A program made the position numbers and the translations under genes. A model generated the notes under the pieces. The model was not told where the DNA came from and searched no databases. It was given only the letters and a program-made list of their open reading frames with translations. From an uncultured Verrucomicrobiota bacterium (GTDB lineage Bacteria; Verrucomicrobiota; Verrucomicrobiia; Limisphaerales; CAIMTB01), in contig CALNYA010000048.1 in NCBI GenBank assembly GCA_942490575.1, positions 28,179 to 92,178 on the forward strand: a stretch of 64,000 nt of DNA, written 5' to 3'. Within the stretch, counting starts at the first letter, position 1. The number at the start of each line of letters is the position of its first letter. Shown in pieces: positions 50,133-56,533 of the stretch.

Positions 50133-51911
50133 ATGCAATCCCTGCGTCTCGCCGTCCTCGGCTTCGTCTTGGCTTCGTCGCTTGTTCGGGCGGCGGATGA
50201 CTATGAATTGAGCGCTGAATCGAAGGCCCGGGCCGCGGGTGTTCCGGAAGGCAAGGTTTCGGAGTTCAAGTTCAGCGAATCCAAGATCTTCCCCGAAACA
50301 GACCGGGACGGATGGATCTATGTTCCCTCCCAGTACGACGGGTCCAAGCCGGCCGCGCTGATGGTGTTTCAGGACGGGCACGCGTACGTGGGCACCGGTG
50401 AGAACGCCCAGATGCGGGTGCCGATCGTCTTCGACAATCTGATCGCGAAGGGGGAGATGCCGGTCACGATCGCGGTGTTCGTGAATCCCGGACACCGGGG
50501 CGGGGACGGACCCGCGCGGGATGGGTGGGGGAATCGCAGCAATCGGAGCTTCGAATACGATTCCCTGGGCGACGCCTACGCGCGGTTCCTGCTCGAGGAA
50601 CTCCTGCCGTTCGTGGCCGCGAAGTTCCAGGTGAAGTTCAGCGACGACCCGGCGATGCGCGCGATCTGCGGGATGAGCAGCGGCGGGATCTGCGCGTGGA
50701 CGGTCGCGTGGGAACGTCCCGGTTCCTTCGGCAAGGTGCTCAGCCAGATCGGGAGCTTCACCAACATCCGTGGCGGGCACGTGTATCCCGCGCTGATCCG
50801 GAAGACCGAGCGGAAGCCGATCCGGGTCTTCCTCCAGGACGGGGCGAACGATCTGAACAACCTCCACGGCAACTGGCCACTGGCGAACCAGCAAATGGCC
50901 AGCGCGCTCGCCTTCGCTGGGTATGATCACAAGTTCGAATTCGGGACGGGAGCCCACAACGGCAAGCACGGCGGCGTCATCCTGCCCGATTCGCTCCGCT
51001 GGCTTTGGCGCCCGTCGTTGGCGGCCCTCCCCAAGCCCCAGACCCGCGACAATCTCCGGGGCGACGAGGCGCTGTCCAAGGTCCTGCCCGACGGCGGTCA
51101 GCCCGGGGACTGGGAACTGGTGGGCGGCGGCTACGGGTTCACGGACGCGGCCTGCGCCGATGCCGACGGGAACTTCTATTTCTCGGATCTGCCGAAGGGA
51201 ACGCTGTACCGGGTCCCGGCGGCGGGCGGGGCGCCCGAGCCCTGGCTGAAGGATGGACCGAAGGTCAGCGGGATGAAGTTTGGGTCGGACGGAATGCTGT
51301 ACGCCTGCGTGCAGGGTGAGGGAAGCAACAACGTGAAGCGCATCGTGGTGATCGATCCGGCGACGAAAAAGGTGGAGACCCTGGCGACGTCGGTCCAACC
51401 GAACGACCTGGCCGTCGCGAAGAACGGTTTCCTCTATTTCACGGACACGGGCGCCGGCGCGGTGGTCCGGGTGCCGTTGACGGCGCGGTCGATGTCGCGT
51501 CCACCCGTGGCGGCGGGTGGGATCAACAAGCCGAACGGGATCGCCCTGAGCCCGGACCAAAGTCAGTTGTGGGTGAGCGAATACGGCGGGACGAACGTCT
51601 GGAACTTCCTCGTCGCGGCCGATGGATCGTTGACGGGCGGCGAGCGGTTCGCGGAATTGCGCACGCCCGTGGGCAAGGCGGACAGCGGCGGGGACGGATC
51701 GATCACGGACGCGGCGGGGCGCGTCTATGTGACCTCCCACCTGGGGCTTCAGATGTTCGATTCGGGAGGCCGGATGGGCGGAGTGATTTCAAGGCCGCAG
51801 GAGAAGGGGACCGTGAGCTGCGCCTTCGCGGGGACGGGGCACGCGTGGCTGTACGTGTGCAGCAGCGACAAGGTCTACCGACGAAAGACCCTCGCGAGCG
51901 GGGGGAAGTGA
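50133..51911 (+). CDS. Secreted esterase (enterochelin-esterase-like alpha/beta hydrolase) fused to SMP-30/gluconolactonase-like beta-propeller
   Basis: Start at ATG 50133 (MQSLRLAVLGFVLASSLVRA). The nucleophile elbow is GMSSGG, followed by HNGKHGG. The C-terminal half has a propeller-like pattern (FYFSDLPKGTLYRV, LYFTDTGAGAVVRV, PNGIALSPDQSQLWVSE). Confidence 0.75.
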   Translation: MQSLRLAVLGFVLASSLVRAADDYELSAESKARAAGVPEGKVSEFKFSESKIFPETDRDGWIYVPSQYDGSKPAALMVFQDGHAYVGTGENAQMRVPIVFDNLIAKGEMPVTIAVFVNPGHRGGDGPARDGWGNRSNRSFEYDSLGDAYARFLLEELLPFVAAKFQVKFSDDPAMRAICGMSSGGICAWTVAWERPGSFGKVLSQIGSFTNIRGGHVYPALIRKTERKPIRVFLQDGANDLNNLHGNWPLANQQMASALAFAGYDHKFEFGTGAHNGKHGGVILPDSLRWLWRPSLAALPKPQTRDNLRGDEALSKVLPDGGQPGDWELVGGGYGFTDAACADADGNFYFSDLPKGTLYRVPAAGGAPEPWLKDGPKVSGMKFGSDGMLYACVQGEGSNNVKRIVVIDPATKKVETLATSVQPNDLAVAKNGFLYFTDTGAGAVVRVPLTARSMSRPPVAAGGINKPNGIALSPDQSQLWVSEYGGTNVWNFLVAADGSLTGGERFAELRTPVGKADSGGDGSITDAAGRVYVTSHLGLQMFDSGGRMGGVISRPQEKGTVSCAFAGTGHAWLYVCSSDKVYRRKTLASGGK

Positions 51912-51917
51912 TGCCGG

Positions 51918-51980
51918 GATGGGGCGCGGGCTATGGACAGGCCGGTCCTACGGACCTTGGTTCGGGGACGCGGATTGGCC
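51918..51980. repeat. About 60-nt repeat unit (copy 2, inverted), includes exact 32-mer 51936-51967
   Basis: GACAGGCCGGTCCTACGGACCTTGGTTCGGGG matches the reverse complement of 49776-49807 at 32 of 32 positions. It starts 7 nt after the esterase gene stop. The core GGTCC-nnn-GGACC is itself a hairpin. Confidence 0.8.
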
Positions 51981-52111
51981 AACGGAAGGGCGTTTTTCAC
52001 TCCGATGTGACGTCGAACCCTATGGTTCCGGATTTTTTGTTCCCAGAAAATGGCCAATCTCCAGGCTTCTCCCAACCTGGGAGCATGGAGAAATCCGAAA
52101 TCTTGTTCTAA

Positions 52112-52137
52112 GGAACCGCTGGTTGGGCCGTTGTCCT
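52112..52137 (+). promoter_or_regulatory. Possible ECF-type autoregulated promoter (GGAAC-N16-GTC)
   Basis: GGAAC at 52112-52116 is followed by a 16-nt spacer and then GTCC at 52133-52136. It lies 26 nt upstream of the sigma-factor ATG. This is pattern match only. Confidence 0.3.
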
Positions 52138-52162
52138 GTCGAAGGCCCACGAGGGCCGAGGC

Positions 52163-52675
52163 ATGGATGAACCGCAAACTCAGGCGGAATGGATCAGGGC
52201 CGTACTGGAACGGCACGGCGCGGCCCTGACCCGATACGCGGCCAGCATCACGGGGGACGAGGATTCGGCCCGGGATGTGGTCCAGGACACGTTCGTCCGG
52301 CTCTGCGCCCAACCGCCGGAGCACCTCGATGGTCGCCTCGCGCCCTGGCTCTTCACCGTGTGCCGAAACCGCGCCCTCGACGTGCAACGCAAGACCCATC
52401 GACTGGTTCCACTGGCGGACGACGCCTACGACACGACTCCCGATGATCGTCCGGGTCCGGCCGCGACGCTGGAGCAACGCGAAACCGCCGGTCTCGCCCT
52501 GGACTTGCTCGAGACGCTGACGCCGCAACAGCGCGAGGTGGTCCGTCTCAAATTTCAGGCCGGCCTGAGCTACCAGGAAATCGCCGACGTCACCCGCCTG
52601 AGCGCCACCAACGTCGGGTTCATTCTCCACACGGCGCTCAAGACCCTGAGACAGCGGCTGCAACGGAGCCTCTGA
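52163..52675 (+). CDS. ECF-type RNA polymerase sigma factor (sigma-70 family, group IV)
   Basis: 170 aa. Region 2 is ARDVVQDTFVRLCAQ...PWLFTVCRNRALD. The region 4 HTH is LSYQEIADVTRLSATNVGFILHTALKTLRQRL. Confidence 0.9.
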   Translation: MDEPQTQAEWIRAVLERHGAALTRYAASITGDEDSARDVVQDTFVRLCAQPPEHLDGRLAPWLFTVCRNRALDVQRKTHRLVPLADDAYDTTPDDRPGPAATLEQRETAGLALDLLETLTPQQREVVRLKFQAGLSYQEIADVTRLSATNVGFILHTALKTLRQRLQRSL

Positions 52676-52710
52676 ACCAACCGCCGACAAACTTCGAATC
52701 ATTCCACGCC

Positions 52711-55305
52711 ATGAATCACGATCCCGAAGATCCCCGGCTCACAGCCTACGCGTTGGGCGAACTCCCGCCGCGCGAGGCGCAGGAAGTCGAAGCCCTGATC
52801 GCCGCGTCCCCCGAGGCGATGCAGGAGGTCGAGGAAATCCGAGGCTTCGCCGGGTTGCTGACCGAGGTGTTCGAGCGGGAGGCGGCGTCGAAGCCGGCAC
52901 CGGACCTGGAAGCCGCGGTTGTCAATACTTGCGAGAGTCGAAGCCCCCTCACCCCGGCCCTCTCCCGTCGGACGGGAGAGGGTGGCCGAAGGCCGGGTGA
53001 GGGTGACTCCGGCGACTCTTCTCCGTGTATTCCCGCAACGAGGGATACCGAAGCCCTGGAAGCTGTCCCGGCGTCTTCCGCGGACGCTGGGGAGGAAGTC
53101 CCGGTGACCGAGGGCGAGGACAAGGGGCGCATCGTGCCGATGCCGGCGCGGCCCTCGCGTTGGCGTCTCGGGTTGGGTCTGGGACTGGGATTGGCGGCGT
53201 CGGTGAGTCTCCTGACGTTGCCGTGGTGGCTCCCGACGCGGGCACCGCGGGATGCGGTGAAACAGATGGCCGCCCGTGGGAACGAAACGAAGGCGGAGGT
53301 CCTGCCGGACGCGTCTTCAAGTGCCGCCATGCCGGTGGTCCCGGAAGTGCGCGCCGGGGCGGAACCCGAGGAGTCGACGACCGGGCCGGTCCTGATCGAA
53401 GCGCCGGCTCCGGCTGGCGAATTGGCCGCAGCGGCTGCGATTCCTGAACGGAAGGACGCGCCGAAACACGCCGAGTTCGGAGGCAATCCCGAACTGATGA
53501 GGCGCTATGGCTTGATGCCAACCACTCCCCATGTTCCCGATTCGCGGCCGAGCCCGGTGGCCGGCTCCCAACCGACCGAGGGTCCCCAGACGTTCTCGAT
53601 GAGTCCGGAGCTGATGAAACGATATGGCCTTGCGACTTCCCCGGCACCGGCGCCGACTTCGGCCCCTGGGTCAGCCAGTGAACCAAGTTCCTCGCGCCTC
53701 GCCCTTTCCAAGGATTCCGCGCCCTTGATGCGCTCCCGCTACGGCGGGGTGGAAGCGCCCGCACCGTCGGCATCCGCACCCGCTTCCGGGCGAGCGGTGC
53801 GATTCCGTCAGGGCCTGGTTTCTGACCCTTACCGGCGGGCTCAGCCCCTGGTCTTCATGGAACCGCAAGTCGAAGACCGGAGCGGCGGCGGGAACAACCC
53901 GGGTTATGTCGACGCCGGCGACAACGCCTTCGAGTCGCCCTTGACCCAACCGCTGTCGACATTCGGCCTGGATGTCGACACGGGGTCGTACGCCAACGTG
54001 CGGCGGTTTTTGAACGCTGGGACCTTCCCGCCCCGCGCGGCGGTGCGGATCGAGGAGATGATCAACTACTTCCCGTATGCTCACTCGGAGCCGGTCGGGG
54101 ACGACGTGTTCGGAGCGCGGGCGGATGTGGCGATGTGCCCCTGGGAGCCGAGGCATCGGCTGGTGCGGATCGCGCTGAAAGCCCGGGCTGTGATAGGGGA
54201 GCCGCCGGTGGCGAACCTGGTGTTCCTGGTCGACGTCTCGGGCTCCATGCAACCGAGCGAACGCTTGCCGCTACTGAAGCAGGCGCTCCGGGCGCTGACG
54301 AAGCGGTTGGCTCCGTCGGACCGGGTGGCGATCGTGACCTACGCCACCAAGTCGGGAGTGCATCTTCCGAGCACGTCGGCCGAGGAGAAGGACCGGATCC
54401 TCGAGGCGATCGATTCCCTGGCGTCGGGGGGTACGACGAATGGCGAGGGCGGCATTCGCCGGGCTTACATCTTGGCGCGGGAGCACTTCATCCCCGGGGG
54501 GGTGAATCGTGTGCTCCTCTGCACCGACGGCGATTTCAACGTGGGTTTGAGCGATCAGGACGAACTGGTTCGGCTGATCGAGGGCGAGGCGAAGTCGGGC
54601 GTGTTCCTCACCACGTTGGGCGTGGGAACCGACAACTTCAAAGACGCGCTCATGCGGAGGCTCGCGGACAAGGGCAATGGTTCCTACCACTACCTGGATT
54701 CGCATGAGGAGGCGCGGCGCGTGCTGATCGAGCAAAAGGACGCGACTTTCGTGACCGTGGCTCGGGACGCCAAGGCGCAGGTGGAATTCAATCCGGGGAA
54801 CGTCGCGGCGTGGCGGCTGATCGGCTACGAGAAGCGCCTGATGCCGGCCGAGGATTTCAACGACGACACCAAAGACGCGGGCGAGGTCGGGGCGGGCCAG
54901 ACCGTGACCGTGCTCTACGAGATCGTGCCGGTCGGCGTGCGGCCTCCGGGTTCCGTGGATCCGTTGAAGTACCAACCGGTCGCGGCGGAGCCGACGCCGG
55001 AGCGGGTGTTCGCGCGTTCGCCGGAGCTGCTGACGGTGAAACTGCGGTACCAGCGCCCGGAGGGATCGAAGAGCGTGCTGAAAGAGATCGCGGTCGCTGA
55101 TCGGGAGCGCGAACCGGATGCGGACTTCAAGTTCGCCGCGGCGGTGGCGGCCTTCGGGATGGCGCTTCGCGATCCGTCGTGGAACGGCGGCCGGGGGTTC
55201 GACACCGCATTGACCCTGGCTCAATCGGGTCTCGGCGAGGACCCGGGCGGCTGGCGGGCGGAGTTCCTGACGCTGGTGCGGAAGGCGCGAGGAATACGGC
55301 GGTAA
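52711..55305 (+). CDS. Anti-sigma-like N-terminal domain + TM + Pro/Ala-rich linker + von Willebrand factor A domain (YfbK/DUF3520-like)
   Basis: 864 aa. The N-terminus LTAYALGELPPREAQEVEALIAASPEAMQEVEEIR is typical of anti-sigma factors. The TM segment is WRLGLGLGLGLAASVSLLTLPWWL. The vWA MIDAS is LVFLVDVSGSM. The C-terminal region resembles DUF3520. Confidence 0.85.
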   Translation: MNHDPEDPRLTAYALGELPPREAQEVEALIAASPEAMQEVEEIRGFAGLLTEVFEREAASKPAPDLEAAVVNTCESRSPLTPALSRRTGEGGRRPGEGDSGDSSPCIPATRDTEALEAVPASSADAGEEVPVTEGEDKGRIVPMPARPSRWRLGLGLGLGLAASVSLLTLPWWLPTRAPRDAVKQMAARGNETKAEVLPDASSSAAMPVVPEVRAGAEPEESTTGPVLIEAPAPAGELAAAAAIPERKDAPKHAEFGGNPELMRRYGLMPTTPHVPDSRPSPVAGSQPTEGPQTFSMSPELMKRYGLATSPAPAPTSAPGSASEPSSSRLALSKDSAPLMRSRYGGVEAPAPSASAPASGRAVRFRQGLVSDPYRRAQPLVFMEPQVEDRSGGGNNPGYVDAGDNAFESPLTQPLSTFGLDVDTGSYANVRRFLNAGTFPPRAAVRIEEMINYFPYAHSEPVGDDVFGARADVAMCPWEPRHRLVRIALKARAVIGEPPVANLVFLVDVSGSMQPSERLPLLKQALRALTKRLAPSDRVAIVTYATKSGVHLPSTSAEEKDRILEAIDSLASGGTTNGEGGIRRAYILAREHFIPGGVNRVLLCTDGDFNVGLSDQDELVRLIEGEAKSGVFLTTLGVGTDNFKDALMRRLADKGNGSYHYLDSHEEARRVLIEQKDATFVTVARDAKAQVEFNPGNVAAWRLIGYEKRLMPAEDFNDDTKDAGEVGAGQTVTVLYEIVPVGVRPPGSVDPLKYQPVAAEPTPERVFARSPELLTVKLRYQRPEGSKSVLKEIAVADREREPDADFKFAAAVAAFGMALRDPSWNGGRGFDTALTLAQSGLGEDPGGWRAEFLTLVRKARGIRR
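52946..53005. repeat. Nested-hairpin palindromic element (copy B) lying in frame inside the anti-sigma/vWA CDS
   Basis: The sequence is CCCTCACCCCGGCCCTCTCCCGTCGGACGGGAGAGGGTGGCCGAAGGCCGGGTGAGGGTG. It has the same outer and inner stems as 49649-49716. It is translated as SPLTPALSRRTGEGGRRPGEG in the cytoplasmic linker. Confidence 0.75.
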
Positions 55306-55571
55306 CGCTTTCTGTCTTCGCGAACCTCCGCAAGAAAGGCTCGAGCGGTTCGAGGTTCCAGCCCTTCGCCAGCGGCATGGAGTTCCTGAAGCATCCGGAT
55401 CGGATCCGGCGTGTTGCCGACCGATTGGTTCTCGGCTTGGGCCACCGCGCGGCGAACGACCTCGGCCTGGGAGACCTGCCAGAGCGAGGCCAGTCGCTTG
55501 AGGCGCCCGGCGGTGGCTTCGTCCAAGGCGAAGGTGGTCCGATGGGTCATCGTCGGCATGACTTCGCGCAT
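55221..55571 (-). CDS. Ribbon-helix-helix (CopG/antitoxin-like) protein
   Basis: 116 aa. TTFALDEATAGRLKRLASLWQVSQAEVVRRAV fits the RHH beta-strand/helix/helix pattern. Alternative starts exist at Met5 and Met8. The last 85 nt overlap the convergent vWA gene end. Confidence 0.55.
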   Translation of the reverse strand: MREVMPTMTHRTTFALDEATAGRLKRLASLWQVSQAEVVRRAVAQAENQSVGNTPDPIRMLQELHAAGEGLEPRTARAFLAEVREDRKRYRRIPRAFRTSVRNSARQPPGSSPRPD

Positions 55572-55690
55572 ACCATCACTCCGGGGGCAGGGTCAATCCG
55601 TGGCGCGCTGTCGAACCTCGCGGCGGCGGGGTGGTGTGAACGGCAGGAAGCAGGGGGCGTGCGTCCAAACAAACAGGGCTTTTTTGTGGG

Positions 55691-56062
55691 ATGGACCCGG
55701 GGCGGACGCATTTCTCGTTTTGCTTTGGTCGCCGTGGTTTTTACCTTCCCCGCGTGACCACTGAGACCTTCAAGGCCGAGATCGCGGAGGCGCTGCGAAC
55801 CTACGACCTTTATGTGGTCTGTCTGGAGAAGACGCCGGCCGATCTGGAGAAGGCCCTGCGGTCCCTGGTGGAGAAGGCGATTCGCGCCTTTGAGAATCGC
55901 GCGCCGGGCCTGCGACACGGGATCGCGCTGGACCGCCAGGTGACGGTGATCCTCAGCCAGACCGAGGCGGCCCGGCCCCTGTGCGGGATCTACTTCAATC
56001 TTTCGAGTCCTTACCACCGCCAGAAGCCGTCCAAGGTCCCGACGAGCGGCGAGGAAGCCTAA
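55691..56062 (+). CDS. Hypothetical protein
   Basis: 123-aa ORF with plausible composition from GTG 55754 onward (VTTETFKAEIAEALRTYDLYVVCLEKTPADLEKALRSLVEKAIRAF). I recognise no family. The start is uncertain (55691 or 55754). Confidence 0.4.
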   Translation: MDPGRTHFSFCFGRRGFYLPRVTTETFKAEIAEALRTYDLYVVCLEKTPADLEKALRSLVEKAIRAFENRAPGLRHGIALDRQVTVILSQTEAARPLCGIYFNLSSPYHRQKPSKVPTSGEEA

Positions 56063-56068
56063 TCCGGG

Positions 56069-56533
56069 TCAGTGGATGCGGACTTCGTCGTCGGTCTGAA
56101 GGATGCCTTCCACGATGTCGGCGGCGATGAATCCGTTGCGTTCGGGGCCGGTGAGCCGGATCTGGCCGACGCGTTGGTTGCCGCGGTAGACGTTTACCAG
56201 CGATTCCAGGGGCGGGGCGCCGCCGAGCGTGTAATCCACCACCACGAATCGGAGCCCGGCATTGATGGTGTGGATTCGGCCGCTCGTGGGGAGCACCAGG
56301 GGTTCGGACTCGGCGTTGTCGGACTTCGTGGTGGGATCCGAGGGTTGGAATTCGGTCACCAGTCCGCCGCCTTTGCTTGGAATCGTCTGGACCGCCGGCC
56401 TGTCGGACGACGGGTCGCCGTCGTTCGACGCGCAACCGGCGAGCGATAGGGTGAACGCGAGGGTGGCGGCGAACGCGAGCGCCGTCCCAACGAAGGATTG
56501 GAAGCGGGACGCGCGCGGGGGAATCGATTTCAT
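56069..56533 (-). CDS. Lipoprotein of unknown function
   Basis: 154 aa. A signal peptide with lipobox LSLAGC is followed by a Ser/Pro/Asp-rich linker and a beta-rich C-terminal domain. The ATG overlaps the stop of the upstream ABC exporter gene (ATGA). Confidence 0.65.
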   Translation of the reverse strand: MKSIPPRASRFQSFVGTALAFAATLAFTLSLAGCASNDGDPSSDRPAVQTIPSKGGGLVTEFQPSDPTTKSDNAESEPLVLPTSGRIHTINAGLRFVVVDYTLGGAPPLESLVNVYRGNQRVGQIRLTGPERNGFIAADIVEGILQTDDEVRIH

